From Mangrovibacterium sp. (GTDB lineage: Bacteria > Bacteroidota > Bacteroidia > Bacteroidales > Prolixibacteraceae): a stretch of DNA of 64,000 nucleotides. A program made the position numbers and the translations under genes. The DNA lies in contig JBKEAC010000085.1 of the NCBI GenBank assembly GCA_047971925.1, forward strand, positions 10,794 through 74,793. The letters run 5' to 3'. How positions within the stretch are numbered: position 1 is the stretch's first letter; every line of letters starts with the position of its first letter. The notes under the pieces were generated by a model. That model searched no databases. It was not told the DNA's origin and saw only the letters and a list, made by a program, of their open reading frames with translations. This document shows, piece by piece, positions 17,305 to 28,464 of this stretch.

Positions 17305-19758
17305 ATGAATATTTCATACAAATGGTTGAAAGACTACATCGACACAAGTCTAACTCCTAATGAGTTGGAAAGCATATTAACACAAGTTGGATTAGAGGTT
17401 GGTGGAATAGAAGAAGTTGAGAGCATTAAAGGAGGACTCAGGGGACTTGTAATTGGCGAAGTTTTGAGTTGCGAAGCTCATCCTGATTCTGACCATTTAA
17501 GCAAAACAACAGTAAATTTAGGCGATGGTATTGCCACCCCTATCGTTTGTGGAGCTTCTAATGTTGCAAAGGGACAGAAAGTGGTTGTTGCCACAGTCGG
17601 CACAACCTTATATGATGGAGATAAGGAATTTACTATCAAAAAATCAAAAATTCGTGGCGAAGTATCGGAAGGAATGATTTGTGCCGAAGATGAAATCGGA
17701 CTCGGAAATAGCCATGAAGGAATTATGGTCCTACCTAGCAATGCCATTCCAGGAACTCCAGCAAGCGAATACTTCAACATTGAATCGGATTATTGCATTG
17801 AGGTCGATTTAACTCCTAATCGCATTGATGCTGCATCACATATCGGAGTAGCTCGAGACTTAGCAGCCTATTTAGCAAAAAATGAAAATATCGGCTACAC
17901 CAAACCAAGTGTAGAAGCTTTCCAAGTTGATAACAATTCTCACCCAATAGCTATTGAGCTTGAAAAAAATGATGCTTGTCATCGTTATGCTGGGCTAACA
18001 ATCAGCGGAGTGGAAGTAAAAGAATCACCTGATTGGTTAAAAAACCGATTAAAAACAATCGGTTTAAATCCAGTTAATAATATTGTCGATGTAACAAACT
18101 ATGTCATGTTTGAAACAGCTCAACCGCTGCATGCCTTCGACATGGCAGAAATAAAAGGCAATAAAATTATCATAAAAACACTTGCTAATCAATCGAAATT
18201 CACTACACTCGATGGCGTCGAACGAAAACTTAATGAAAATGATTTAATGATTTGCAGCGAAAGCGAACCATTGTGCATTGCCGGAGTTTTCGGTGGAATC
18301 GAATCAGGAGTTAAGAATTCAACTCAAGCTATTTTCTTAGAATCTGCTTGTTTCGATCCTATCTTTGTTAGAAAAACAGCACGATTTCATGGATTAAATA
18401 CCGATGCTTCTTTTCGATTTGAAAGAGGAACTGATCCTAATGGTGTAATTTATGCATTAAAACGTGCTGCTTTACTCATTCAACAAGTTGCTGGCGGAAA
18501 AATTTCCAGTAACATCACCGACATCTACCCTACTCCTATTGCTGATTTTAAAGTAGATGTTAGCTATTCAAACATTGCACGTTTAATTGGGAAAGACTTA
18601 GGAAAAGACCTTATTAAAAGAATACTTTGTGCTTTAGAAATCAAAATCGAAAACGAATGCGACGATCTTCTATCGCTAGCTGTTCCTCCATATCGTGTTG
18701 ATGTGAAACGTGAAGCTGACATTGTAGAAGAAATTCTACGCATATATGGCTACAACAATGTGGAAATACCAACTAAAGTCAATGCCACACTACAATACAC
18801 GGAGAAAGTAACTCCAATGAAGATTCGCAATAAAGCTGCCGATATTCTATCTGCTCAAGGATTCCGCGAAATTTGGTCAAATTCTCTAACTAAATCTAGC
18901 TATTATGAAAATCGTGAAGCTTTTTCAACTAAAAATACCGTCAATTTATTTAATCCACTCAGTGCAGATCTAGGAGCTTTGCGCCAAAGTCTTTTATTTA
19001 ATGGATTGGAGACAATTGCCTACAATGCTAATCGAAAAAATGGGGACTTAAAAATTTATGAGCTTGGAAATTGTTATAGCAAAAATGATGTTGACTCGCC
19101 TAATTCACCTTTAAAAAAATATAATGAAGAAGAACATCTAGGCATCTTCATTTCTGGTAAGAAAGAACGCGAAAGTTGGGCCATTCCTCAAAATGAAAGC
19201 TCATTCTTTCAATTAAAATCATACGTGGAAAATTTATTGTCAAGATTAGGCATAAACATTGACCAACTTCGACACAATGGATTCAATGATGATATCGTTT
19301 CTGATGGACTAATCTACACTGCTTATACTCAAAAAGAGCTTGTCAAAATTGGAATTGTAAGCAAAAGAACACTTAAAGAATTCGGCATTGACAAACCTGT
19401 CTTTTTTGCCGATATCAACATGAATAATCTTTATACATTACTAAAAAATAGCAAAACATTATTCTCTGAGCTACCAAAATATCCTGAAGTTCGTCGAGAT
19501 TTAGCTCTTTTAATTGATAAAAATGTTTCTTTCAATGACATTGTAAATCTTGCTAATAAATCAGAAAAAAGATTGCTCCGTCGCATTGATTTGTTCGATG
19601 TATATGAAGGCAAAGGAATCCCCGAGGATAAAAAGTCATATGCTGTGAGCTTCATCTTGCGCGATGATGAAAAAACACTCAACGAACAGCAAATTGAAAA
19701 AATAATGCACAAGTTGATCGATTCATTTGAAAAAGAACTTCAAGCAAAACTTCGATAA
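17305..19758 (+). CDS. pheT: Phenylalanine--tRNA ligase beta subunit
   Basis: 817 aa starting MNISYKWLKDYI, with an N-terminal tRNA-binding OB domain (HPDSDHL..C.V..G), B3/4, B5 and a C-terminal anticodon-binding-like FDVY.G domain. Confidence 0.95.
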   Translation: MNISYKWLKDYIDTSLTPNELESILTQVGLEVGGIEEVESIKGGLRGLVIGEVLSCEAHPDSDHLSKTTVNLGDGIATPIVCGASNVAKGQKVVVATVGTTLYDGDKEFTIKKSKIRGEVSEGMICAEDEIGLGNSHEGIMVLPSNAIPGTPASEYFNIESDYCIEVDLTPNRIDAASHIGVARDLAAYLAKNENIGYTKPSVEAFQVDNNSHPIAIELEKNDACHRYAGLTISGVEVKESPDWLKNRLKTIGLNPVNNIVDVTNYVMFETAQPLHAFDMAEIKGNKIIIKTLANQSKFTTLDGVERKLNENDLMICSESEPLCIAGVFGGIESGVKNSTQAIFLESACFDPIFVRKTARFHGLNTDASFRFERGTDPNGVIYALKRAALLIQQVAGGKISSNITDIYPTPIADFKVDVSYSNIARLIGKDLGKDLIKRILCALEIKIENECDDLLSLAVPPYRVDVKREADIVEEILRIYGYNNVEIPTKVNATLQYTEKVTPMKIRNKAADILSAQGFREIWSNSLTKSSYYENREAFSTKNTVNLFNPLSADLGALRQSLLFNGLETIAYNANRKNGDLKIYELGNCYSKNDVDSPNSPLKKYNEEEHLGIFISGKKERESWAIPQNESSFFQLKSYVENLLSRLGINIDQLRHNGFNDDIVSDGLIYTAYTQKELVKIGIVSKRTLKEFGIDKPVFFADINMNNLYTLLKNSKTLFSELPKYPEVRRDLALLIDKNVSFNDIVNLANKSEKRLLRRIDLFDVYEGKGIPEDKKSYAVSFILRDDEKTLNEQQIEKIMHKLIDSFEKELQAKLR

Positions 19759-19780
19759 AAAAGGGTGCTACATACACAAA

Positions 19781-19817
19781 AAAAGACCACTGAATTTAAT
19801 GTTCAATGGTCTTTTTT
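19781..19817 (+). terminator. Rho-independent terminator between convergent pheT and the Spy-like gene
   Basis: Stem AGACCACTGAA / TTCAATGGTCT (one mismatch), flanked by AAAA on the 5' side and TTTTTT on the 3' side. Confidence 0.7.
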
Positions 19818-19836
19818 ATATGATTATTAATCTGCT

Positions 19837-20316
19837 CTATTCATCAGGATGATTAATTTCAGGTCTCTCTCCTCCTGGCATTCTCGACTTCATTTCCTTC
19901 TGCATTTCATCATATTTCACTTTTTGAGCATCAGTTAAAACAGCTTTTATCTTTGCATCATTCTTTTTTCTTTGCTCGTCCATCTGAGCATGCATAGTTT
20001 CTCTATTAGCCTCCATCTGCTCACGCATTGCCTCAGGGTCATCACCAAACTTTTCGCGCATAGCTTTCATTTGATTTTGCATCTCAACTGACTGAGCATT
20101 CAAAATCTCTTTAACCTTTGTTTGCTGATCGGCTGTTAATTCCAATTCCGTTGTCATGCGCTCCACTTGTTTAGCTGTTCTTTCCTCAGAAGACATTCTT
20201 GGACCTCGCTGTTGATACTCTGATGATTGAGAAGGTCGTGTACCACTTCCTCTTTGTGCCATTGAAATTGTACTAAATCCAGCTACAATAGCAAATACTA
20301 AAATTACTTTCTTCAT
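19837..20316 (-). CDS. Periplasmic Spy/CpxP-family (LTxxQ motif) protein
   Basis: 159 aa with a signal peptide (VFAIVAGFSTISMAQ), a charged helical protein body and two LTxxQ motifs (LTADQ, LTDAQ). Confidence 0.6.
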   Translation of the reverse strand: MKKVILVFAIVAGFSTISMAQRGSGTRPSQSSEYQQRGPRMSSEERTAKQVERMTTELELTADQQTKVKEILNAQSVEMQNQMKAMREKFGDDPEAMREQMEANRETMHAQMDEQRKKNDAKIKAVLTDAQKVKYDEMQKEMKSRMPGGERPEINHPDE

Positions 20317-20481
20317 ATATTAAATTTATTTCATTATAATCTCGTTAAATATTTCTCTTAAATATTCTCTTTAAAAATATGCATAAAACAAGATTTATTT
20401 CTCACTTACAGACATCTATTTTTCTTTGAAGTTTAACTATAACTATAATATTAAAGGAAATTAACTATTATCGCAATAAAA

Positions 20482-21021
20482 TTACTTCCGTAAATCTGAA
20501 AATAACTTTCTAAACTTATCACGTTTAAGAATAACCACAGCTTGACAAAAAGGATTACTTGGATTATTCAACAAATAGTTCTGATGATAATCTTCGGCTT
20601 GAAAGAAATCACCTATTGGCTCAACACTAGTCACAATTTCTGCTTCATAAACATCTTCCTCGTTTAATCTTTTAATCAGATTTTCAGCCAACTCTCGCTG
20701 CTCTTGATCATGATAATAAATCACAGAGCGATATTGCGTTCCTATATCTTCACCTTGTCGATTTAATGTTGTTGGGTCATGAGTTGCAAAAAAAACACGC
20801 AATATATCCAGACAACTTATTTGCGCTGCATCGTAAGATATCTGAACGACCTCAGCATGATTTGTGTTACCCGTACACACTTGTTCATATGTAGGATTAA
20901 CAACTACCCCTCCCGAATAGCCACTCTTCACAGAGCAAACTCCTTTCAATTCGCTAAAAACAGCTTCCGTACACCAAAAGCATCCACCTCCAAGTGTAAC
21001 ATATTTCAAATCATTATTCAT
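20482..21021 (-). CDS. msrA: Peptide-methionine (S)-S-oxide reductase
   Basis: 179 aa with the active-site motif GGGCFWCTE and conserved HAEVV..YD and YHQ.YL. Confidence 0.92.
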   Translation of the reverse strand: MNNDLKYVTLGGGCFWCTEAVFSELKGVCSVKSGYSGGVVVNPTYEQVCTGNTNHAEVVQISYDAAQISCLDILRVFFATHDPTTLNRQGEDIGTQYRSVIYYHDQEQRELAENLIKRLNEEDVYEAEIVTSVEPIGDFFQAEDYHQNYLLNNPSNPFCQAVVILKRDKFRKLFSDLRK

Positions 21022-21029
21022 TACCTCAG

Positions 21030-21620
21030 TTATTTAATCCACGTATTAAGAGAAAAATCTATTGAGTGCTCAACCAAATAAGCAAAAGAGAAAAATCTAA
21101 GTAATCGAAACAAGGCAAACAACAAATAATGATTGGACTTGTATTCTGTTGTGCCAACTAGCATGCTCACTAATCCCCATGGCAATGGTGTCAATGCCGC
21201 TGTAATAATCAAAAAAGATCCATACTTTCGGAACATAGGCCACAAATCTTTAAACAGCTTTCGGCTGAAAAAACGAAATAAGCGCATATTTCTAAATGTG
21301 CGTCCCAAGTAAAAAGAAAGCACACCTGCTCCATACGAAATGATTGCAAATAAAGCTACATCTTGCCAATAAGAGAGCCCCGATTGTCGATGCAACGACC
21401 ACTTCATGTAGAGTTCGGGAGGAAATAATCCGAAAAAAACTTCAGAGCACACATAACTCAAATAAACCAATGGGGTTCGCTCATACACATAGGCAGTCAA
21501 TACTCCTTTATTCGGAGTAATGATGTATTTATCAGCTAACAGATACAAAATTGCCAAGGCTAAAAAGTAAAGCCCACCTTTAGCTAAATTCTGCAACAGA
21601 AATTTTGTTTTTTCATCCAT
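21030..21620 (-). CDS. Integral membrane protein, function unknown (possible VTT/DedA-YqaA-like)
   Basis: The ORF track gives 21030-21710. The internal ATG at 21620 (MDEKTKFLLQN) is favoured because the upstream extension is not membrane-protein-like. There are 4-5 hydrophobic helices. The family assignment is tentative. Confidence 0.45.
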   Translation of the reverse strand: MDEKTKFLLQNLAKGGLYFLALAILYLLADKYIITPNKGVLTAYVYERTPLVYLSYVCSEVFFGLFPPELYMKWSLHRQSGLSYWQDVALFAIISYGAGVLSFYLGRTFRNMRLFRFFSRKLFKDLWPMFRKYGSFLIITAALTPLPWGLVSMLVGTTEYKSNHYLLFALFRLLRFFSFAYLVEHSIDFSLNTWIK

Positions 21621-21893
21621 AATGCTTGTAAATATATATCTATTTTTAAATACTTCTCTTCTACATTCTGCCTTTTTTAAAATCATTAACGAAAAAACAA
21701 ATGATTTCATACATAAATACTCTAAGCAAGAAGTCTTTAATTAATTATTAGATATATTTCTACATTAAAATTAGGCAAGCGAGCAAGAGTTCTTCACTCA
21801 TGGTGCATAATTTATATTTTTTTTACAAGAAGTGTCAACATAGTCAAATCAATATTATCTAACTTTGTTTAATCAAATATTTAAGTATTCAAT

Positions 21894-23051
21894 ATGCTAA
21901 ATTTCACGTATAAAAACCCAACTAAAATTTTGTTTGGCAAAGGTCAAATTGCAAACATAACCAAAGAAATTCCTCAAGATGCTAAAATCTTACTAACATA
22001 TGGAGGCGGTAGTATTTTCAAAAATGGTGTCTATGACCAAGTTCGAGCTGCTACTGAAGGATTAAACATCATTGAATTCGGAGGCATTGAGCCCAACCCC
22101 AAATATGAAACGCTCATGCAAGCTGTCGAAATATGCCGACAAGAAAAAATAACTTTTCTCCTTGCTGTTGGTGGTGGATCTGTACTCGACGGAACCAAAT
22201 TTATTGCTGCTGCTCACTTTGTGAAAGAAGACGACACTTGGGATATTCTTAAAACAGGAGGAAAAATAATTAAGCAAGCTCTTCCCATCGGATGTGTAAT
22301 GACACTACCCGCTACTGGGTCGGAAATGAATGGGAATGCTGTTATTTCGAAACTTACTACCAAAGAAAAGCTTGGAATGCTAAGCCCATTAGTATATCCC
22401 CAATTTTCAGTGCTTGACCCTGATTTTATTTCGTCTCTTCCCGAAAATCAAATTGCCAATGGAATAATTGATTCATATGTCCACACCATTGAGCAATACT
22501 TAACCTACGATGTTGATTCTCCTCTACAAGACCGATATGCAGAAAGCATTCTAAATACACTCATCGAGGAAGGTCCTAAAGTTATTGCAAATAACAAAGA
22601 CTATAATGCGGCTGCAAACTACATGTGGTGTGCAACTAATGCACTTAATCATTGGATAGCTGTTGGCGTTGTACAAGATTGGAGCACTCACCAAATTGGA
22701 CATGAACTAACGGCTCTTCATGGAATCGACCATGCAAAAACGCTGGCAATTGTTCTTCCTGGAGTCATGAATTTTAAAAGAAAAGATAAAGCTAAAAAAA
22801 TCCTACAATACGGTAGTCGCATATTTGGAATCTCTTCTGGATCTGACGAAGAACGGATTGATGCAACTATTCATGCCACAGAATCTTTTTTCAACAAACT
22901 AGGAGTTTCTTGTCGTTTGTCCGATTATAATGTCACCGAAGAAAGCATTCTCACCATTGAGAATCGTTTTAAAGACAGAAAGAAATCAGATGGCGAGCAT
23001 CGCGACATTGACTGGCAAGCCACTGGAACTATTCTACGCTCAAGACTCTAA
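21894..23051 (+). CDS. Iron-containing (group III) alcohol dehydrogenase, YqhD/butanol dehydrogenase-like
   Basis: 385 aa with the GGGS..D..K nucleotide-binding motif (AVGGGSVLDGTKFIA) and metal-binding His residues (HQIGHELTALHGIDHAKTLA). Confidence 0.85.
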   Translation: MLNFTYKNPTKILFGKGQIANITKEIPQDAKILLTYGGGSIFKNGVYDQVRAATEGLNIIEFGGIEPNPKYETLMQAVEICRQEKITFLLAVGGGSVLDGTKFIAAAHFVKEDDTWDILKTGGKIIKQALPIGCVMTLPATGSEMNGNAVISKLTTKEKLGMLSPLVYPQFSVLDPDFISSLPENQIANGIIDSYVHTIEQYLTYDVDSPLQDRYAESILNTLIEEGPKVIANNKDYNAAANYMWCATNALNHWIAVGVVQDWSTHQIGHELTALHGIDHAKTLAIVLPGVMNFKRKDKAKKILQYGSRIFGISSGSDEERIDATIHATESFFNKLGVSCRLSDYNVTEESILTIENRFKDRKKSDGEHRDIDWQATGTILRSRL

Positions 23052-23123
23052 TAAAACAAACAGCAATAATCTTCAAAGAAGATTATTGCTGTTTGTTTTA
23101 AAAATTTCATTACCCTCTTCAAT

Positions 23124-24776
23124 TTAGGATAACAACTCCTGCGCTGCCTTTCGAGCCGTTTCCGAAGCACTCTCTCCTGCCAACATCAATGCCAATTCAT
23201 CTATTCGTTCATTTTCACTCAACTGACGAATTGACGTAAATGTCTGCTCATTATCATCATATTTATATACTTTAAAATGATACTCTCCCTTTCCTGCAAT
23301 CTGCGGAAGATGAGTAATATTAAGAATTTGCACATGGGCAGATAATTCTTTTAAAACATCTCCCATTTTAACAGCAACTTCACCTGATATTCCTGTATCT
23401 ATTTCATCAAAAACAATTGTTGGTAATGACTTATTACTAGCTATAAGCGACTTAATAGCCAACATTACACGTGAAATTTCACCTCCTGAGGCAACTTTTG
23501 AAACATCTTGCAACGTTCCATTCTTATTGCCAGCAAAAGTAAAAAGTAAATCATCAATCCCAGTATTAGAAATAGAATCTAATTTCTTAAACTGAAGTTT
23601 AAATACCGCATTTGGCATTCCCAAACGATATAACACTTCTTCTATTGATTGTTCTATAATAGGTGCAGCTGTAATTCTCCTTTCACTCAATTCTCCGGCA
23701 CAAAGATGCAATTCTGCCAACAAACCATCTACCAGCAAACGGTGTTGTTCGATATCTTCATCAAATGTTCCTATCTGTGCGATCTTCTTCTCAAAATCAT
23801 GCTGTAAGATAAGTAACTCAGAAACAGAATCAACTTTAAACTTTTGCTGCAAAGAATAAAACAAATCAAGGCGTTCTGCAATCTCATTCACTCGAGTTGA
23901 ATTATATTCTACACCATCTGCTAAGACATCACATTCATCATTTATATCTTTCATCTCCAAATAAACCGACTCCAATCTAGAAGCTAATTCATCAGCTCTA
24001 CCAACCACGCTACTCATCTTTTTGAATCGAGACAAATGCTCCTTTAGTCTTGCCAACACGCCTAAATCATCTTGTTGCATTTCTGAAGAAAATCCGCCAA
24101 ATATTGACTTAATATCTTCTGCATGCTCTAAAGTCGATTGCTCCTGTTCCAATACCTCTTGCTCACCTTCTTTCAATTTTGCACTTTCTAATTGAGCATA
24201 TTGAAACTGTAGATAATCAAAATCGCTTTTTGACTGTTCTGCTTGATAAATAAGCTCAAGCAATATTTTATTTTGCTTTTGATAATTCCGATAACAATCA
24301 GAATATTTCTCTAAACATTTTGCATTTCCTGCAACAAGATCAACCAAATTTAATTGAAAAGAATTATCGCCCAATGATAAATTCTGATGCTGCGAGTGAA
24401 TATCAATCAGCTGTGAAGAAATTTCTTGCAGCACTTTTAATGTAACTGGTGTATCATTAATAAAAGCCCTTGATTTTCCACTTGCACTAATCTCTCGCCT
24501 CAAGATGGTTTGTTCTTCATAATCAATATCATTTTGCTGGAAAAGCGACATCAAATTAAGATTGCTAATTTTGAAGATAGCTTCAACTGTGCATTTCTGC
24601 TCCTCATTTCGCAAAACCGACAAATCAGCACGCTGACCCATAATTAGCCCCAAAGCACCAAGTATTATCGATTTCCCAGCCCCTGTCTCTCCAGTGATGA
24701 TGTTAAATCCCTGAAAATATTTTATATGCAACTTATCAATGAGTGCATAGTTTGATATATGTAATTCTAGAAGCAC
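23124..24776 (-). CDS. recN: DNA repair protein RecN
   Basis: 550 aa with an N-terminal Walker A (GETGAGKSI), a long coiled-coil middle and a C-terminal signature/Walker B (SGGE.SRVMLA..VFDEIDTGISG). Confidence 0.92.
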   Translation of the reverse strand: MLLELHISNYALIDKLHIKYFQGFNIITGETGAGKSIILGALGLIMGQRADLSVLRNEEQKCTVEAIFKISNLNLMSLFQQNDIDYEEQTILRREISASGKSRAFINDTPVTLKVLQEISSQLIDIHSQHQNLSLGDNSFQLNLVDLVAGNAKCLEKYSDCYRNYQKQNKILLELIYQAEQSKSDFDYLQFQYAQLESAKLKEGEQEVLEQEQSTLEHAEDIKSIFGGFSSEMQQDDLGVLARLKEHLSRFKKMSSVVGRADELASRLESVYLEMKDINDECDVLADGVEYNSTRVNEIAERLDLFYSLQQKFKVDSVSELLILQHDFEKKIAQIGTFDEDIEQHRLLVDGLLAELHLCAGELSERRITAAPIIEQSIEEVLYRLGMPNAVFKLQFKKLDSISNTGIDDLLFTFAGNKNGTLQDVSKVASGGEISRVMLAIKSLIASNKSLPTIVFDEIDTGISGEVAVKMGDVLKELSAHVQILNITHLPQIAGKGEYHFKVYKYDDNEQTFTSIRQLSENERIDELALMLAGESASETARKAAQELLS

Positions 24777-24793
24777 AACTATTAATTTAATTT

Positions 24794-25699
24794 TTAAAAT
24801 GCATTATGTTCCTTCAGTGCCTGATAATTTGCACTATTTGCAGGGTCCATCTCAACCAATGCTGCAACAACTCGATTCAACTCTTCGATTGGTGCAGCCG
24901 AGAAAATATTAAGCAGCTCGCTCGTTTTAGCATCAAAAAAAACAGTAAACAAATATAAACTTGGTCGTGTGCGATATAATTTCACCAAACTCACAACTGA
25001 ATTGGCAACTACTGAACGACCATTTGCAAAAGATTTCTCCATCTCATCTAGTCCTTTGCGATGATAATCATATAACAACTGACGAAATGCTGAATACGAT
25101 CTATTATTCAAATTTTCAGCAAGCCAATATCTATTCGTTTCATTTTCATACGACTTCCATCCTCCATAAGATGAACCTTGGGCATTATTTACAATCTGCA
25201 TAGCTTTCTGAAAATAAATCGAACCAGCATTAGGTGAAAATGAATCAGCATCCATACCTAAAATAACATAGGCATAAAAAGCCATAATGCTCGTGAGATT
25301 ATCCACATTTGATGATTCATTATAAACTAACGGTTCAAATTCTGAATACACCACATGAAAATCTTTATCCTTAATATTCAACAATGGACTTTCATAACTC
25401 GCATTATAAATCGGGCGACGAAGTTGCACATTAACCGAGCCTTTAAATTCATTAGTTGAAACTTGCTCTTCCAACTGAATGACCATATTACACTCGATTA
25501 ATTCCGTTTTTTCATAACGATCTTCCGTCCATTTCCTTTCATTCATGAACTGCGTTAAAGCTGTCTGCATGGCCTTAAAGGTATTCTGATTTGCTTCTCT
25601 AATCTTATTATAATTCACTGTAACATTACAGCGAAGTTCTTGAGCATTCAAACTACTTGCACCTAAAATCAATGCTATTATAAATACAATTCTATTCAT
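24794..25699 (-). CDS. DUF4835-family secreted protein
   Basis: 301 aa with a signal peptide. It occupies the conserved Bacteroidota position between coaBC and recN. The family name is recalled from that synteny and has not been searched. Confidence 0.55.
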   Translation of the reverse strand: MNRIVFIIALILGASSLNAQELRCNVTVNYNKIREANQNTFKAMQTALTQFMNERKWTEDRYEKTELIECNMVIQLEEQVSTNEFKGSVNVQLRRPIYNASYESPLLNIKDKDFHVVYSEFEPLVYNESSNVDNLTSIMAFYAYVILGMDADSFSPNAGSIYFQKAMQIVNNAQGSSYGGWKSYENETNRYWLAENLNNRSYSAFRQLLYDYHRKGLDEMEKSFANGRSVVANSVVSLVKLYRTRPSLYLFTVFFDAKTSELLNIFSAAPIEELNRVVAALVEMDPANSANYQALKEHNAF

Positions 25700-25717
25700 T
25701 GAAAATATACTTTGTTT

Positions 25718-26935
25718 TTATGAATGATGAAACATGCGAATTGATATCTCTTGAATAATATCTTTCGCAACTTCCGCTTTCGTCTTCAATGGAAAACTTT
25801 TAATTTCTCCGACGGCATCAATAATAGATATCTTATTAGTATCTACCCCAAATCCAGCACCGAAATCATTAAGCGAATTTAAAACAATTAAATCTAAGTT
25901 TTTACGTCGCAACTTTACTTCCGCATTCTTAAATTCATCTTGAGTTTCAAGGGCAAAACCTATTAGCAACTGGTTTTCACGTTTCTGTTTCCCAAGAGAA
26001 GCCGCAATGTCATCATTTGCCACTAATTCTATCGAAAAATCATGCTGATTCTCACGCTTAATTTTTTGCTCTGCTCTTGTTTTAGGACGATAATCAGCAA
26101 CAGCAGCACTCATAATAGCGGCATCGCACAAGGGGAAAATCCGTTCCGCCTCCATCTTCATTTCCTCAGCAGATTCCACTAAAATCAATTCAATCGAATG
26201 TGCCGATTTTAACTTAACACTCACCGGACCACTAAGCAAGGTAACACGTGCCCCTTGTTCTGCCAATGCTTCTGCCAATGCATAGCCCATTTTCCCCGAT
26301 GAATAGTTCCCAATAAATCGAACAGGATCAATTCGCTCGTAAGTTGGACCAGCAGTAACTAGAATATGCTTATTTAGAAGTTTTTTTTTTGAATTAAAAT
26401 GCTCCACAACAGCATCTACAATATGTTCTGGCTCTGCCATTCGCCCTTTACCATGCAAGCCACTAGCTAAAACGCCATCACCTGGTTCAATAATAATATT
26501 ACCATATGATTTAAGCAACTGCATATTTTGGTTAGTTGATGGATGCTGAAACATATCTAAATCCATGGCAGGAGCAAGCATCACATCATTTTTTGCAGAA
26601 AGATAGGTTGTAACTAGTAGGTTATCGGCAATGCCATGTGCCATTTTCCCAATTGTTGCAGCTGTAACGGGAGCAATTAAAGTCAAATCCGCCCATTGCC
26701 CCATGTCAACATGCGAATGCCATGTACCATCATTTGCCGTAAAAAAATCCGACGCAACTGGTCTTCCCGACAATGCACTCATTGTAACAGGCGTAATGAA
26801 CTGCTTTGCAGCTGGAGTCATCACCACTTGCACTTGTGCACCTTCTTTTATTAATAACCGCAAAAGCATAGCTGCCTTATAAGCAGCTATGCTTCCTGTT
26901 ATTCCTAAAACAATATTTTTGCCCTCTAATCTCAT
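25718..26935 (-). CDS. coaBC: Bifunctional phosphopantothenoylcysteine decarboxylase / phosphopantothenate--cysteine ligase
   Basis: 405 aa with an N-terminal flavoprotein domain (GITGSIAAYK, PAMD..M) and a C-terminal CoaB domain (TAGPT.E.IDPVR.I.N.SSGKMG). Confidence 0.92.
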   Translation of the reverse strand: MRLEGKNIVLGITGSIAAYKAAMLLRLLIKEGAQVQVVMTPAAKQFITPVTMSALSGRPVASDFFTANDGTWHSHVDMGQWADLTLIAPVTAATIGKMAHGIADNLLVTTYLSAKNDVMLAPAMDLDMFQHPSTNQNMQLLKSYGNIIIEPGDGVLASGLHGKGRMAEPEHIVDAVVEHFNSKKKLLNKHILVTAGPTYERIDPVRFIGNYSSGKMGYALAEALAEQGARVTLLSGPVSVKLKSAHSIELILVESAEEMKMEAERIFPLCDAAIMSAAVADYRPKTRAEQKIKRENQHDFSIELVANDDIAASLGKQKRENQLLIGFALETQDEFKNAEVKLRRKNLDLIVLNSLNDFGAGFGVDTNKISIIDAVGEIKSFPLKTKAEVAKDIIQEISIRMFHHS

Positions 26936-26955
26936 GGAAGGTATTTGAATTTATA

Positions 26956-27276
26956 CTATTCCTTTGTTGGGTTTCTGTGATAAATATTATGATGTTTCAG
27001 TTCTTCACACGCAATTAAAGTCGGCTTTGGCAAACGCTCATAATACTTTGAAATTTCAATCTGCTCACGATTCTCAAAAACTTCTTCTAAGTTATCATTA
27101 TACGATGCAAATTCTTGAAGCTTCTGATTTAATTCCTCTTTCATTTCTGATGAAATCTGATTTGCTCGTTTAGCAAGAATCATCACTGTTTCATAGATAT
27201 TTCCTGTTTCGCTTTCTAAATCATCTAAATTTCTTGGCACTGTAGTACCCTCTGCTTTTACTTTCTTGAAATCCAT
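26956..27276 (-). CDS. rpoZ: DNA-directed RNA polymerase subunit omega
   Basis: 106 aa with an omega core helix NIYETVMILAKRANQI, in the conserved position between coaBC and bamD. Confidence 0.7.
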   Translation of the reverse strand: MDFKKVKAEGTTVPRNLDDLESETGNIYETVMILAKRANQISSEMKEELNQKLQEFASYNDNLEEVFENREQIEISKYYERLPKPTLIACEELKHHNIYHRNPTKE

Positions 27277-27288
27277 TCGGTTATATAA

Positions 27289-28101
27289 TTAAATCTCGTT
27301 GTTATAATCTAATCTTGTAGATAACTCTGCATAATATTTGTCGGCAGCTTTTCTATGCTTACTTTCTGGATACTCATCCACAAAGGTAAAATACTCATCC
27401 AAAGCAGAACTCAAGCGCTCTTCCTGCAATTCTTCAACACTTCGAACACCTAAATTATATTTCGACCGCAAAAGCATAAATTTCAACTCCTCACGATAAC
27501 TACTATTAGGAAATTCTTTCAGTGAATTTTGCAATGCTATTGTCGAAGCCTTGTAGTTTTCTAAATCATAATACAACTTAGCTGTTAAAAATGACTTATA
27601 CACCAACTTATCATGTAACTCGTCAATTTTCTCATTAGCTTCTGATACCTTATCACTCGCAGGAAATAAATTTACATACAGCTGATAAGCATCTATCGCC
27701 TTTTTAGTTACGGTCTGATCTAATCGTATGCTTGGCGATTCATCGTAATAACATCTCGCAACCATGTACTGCGCATCTTTACGATAGTTACTTCTTGGAT
27801 ACTCTGTAACCAAAGTTCGATACCAATGACCAGCTAAAAGATAATCACCAGACTCATAATAACTCTGAGCATAGTTATAATAAATCTCATCTGCCTTACT
27901 CGTACCACGATAAACCGTTACTAGCTCGCGAAACAATTCACAAGCACGAACATATTCTCCTTCGGCATAATATTCTTTTGCCTTTTTATATTTATATTCG
28001 AAATCAGAACTTTTTAAGACTTTCTGATATTCGCCACAGCCTGTTGTAATTAATAAAAACAACAACGCCATTATTGTTATTACATGAGTTTTTCTAAGCA
28101 T
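27289..28101 (-). CDS. bamD: Outer membrane protein assembly factor BamD (TPR lipoprotein)
   Basis: The ORF track extends to 28146. The start at 28101 gives MLRKTHVITIMALLFLLITTGC, a lipoprotein signal with lipobox Cys. TPR-like repeats follow (YYAEGEYVRA, YESGDYLLA, YYDLENYKAS). Confidence 0.8.
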   Translation of the reverse strand: MLRKTHVITIMALLFLLITTGCGEYQKVLKSSDFEYKYKKAKEYYAEGEYVRACELFRELVTVYRGTSKADEIYYNYAQSYYESGDYLLAGHWYRTLVTEYPRSNYRKDAQYMVARCYYDESPSIRLDQTVTKKAIDAYQLYVNLFPASDKVSEANEKIDELHDKLVYKSFLTAKLYYDLENYKASTIALQNSLKEFPNSSYREELKFMLLRSKYNLGVRSVEELQEERLSSALDEYFTFVDEYPESKHRKAADKYYAELSTRLDYNNEI

Positions 28102-28464
28102 TTTGCAAAGATAAGTCTTTGATTGAAATATGAAATACAATTTCATGTTTTTATGCTATTTTCATCTAATAATTGCACATATCTTAAATTCCATACCTTA
28201 ATGTGACTATTATTAAGAAAAAAAAAAAACAAATCAAACTCACTCTCCAAAATAAACATTAGTGCCTACAAAACAATTTTATATGGAAAAAATATTCCTA
28301 ACTCAAGATGCTTATCTGTGAGACGCTCGGTATATCCTCACTCTATTCTCATTGTTATTCTCATCGGAAATATCGTAATAAATTCAATTACAAAAACTTA
28401 TTTGTCGCAATTTTGAATCATAATCTTATTAAGCACACTAAACTTCATCTCAAGAAAAAATATT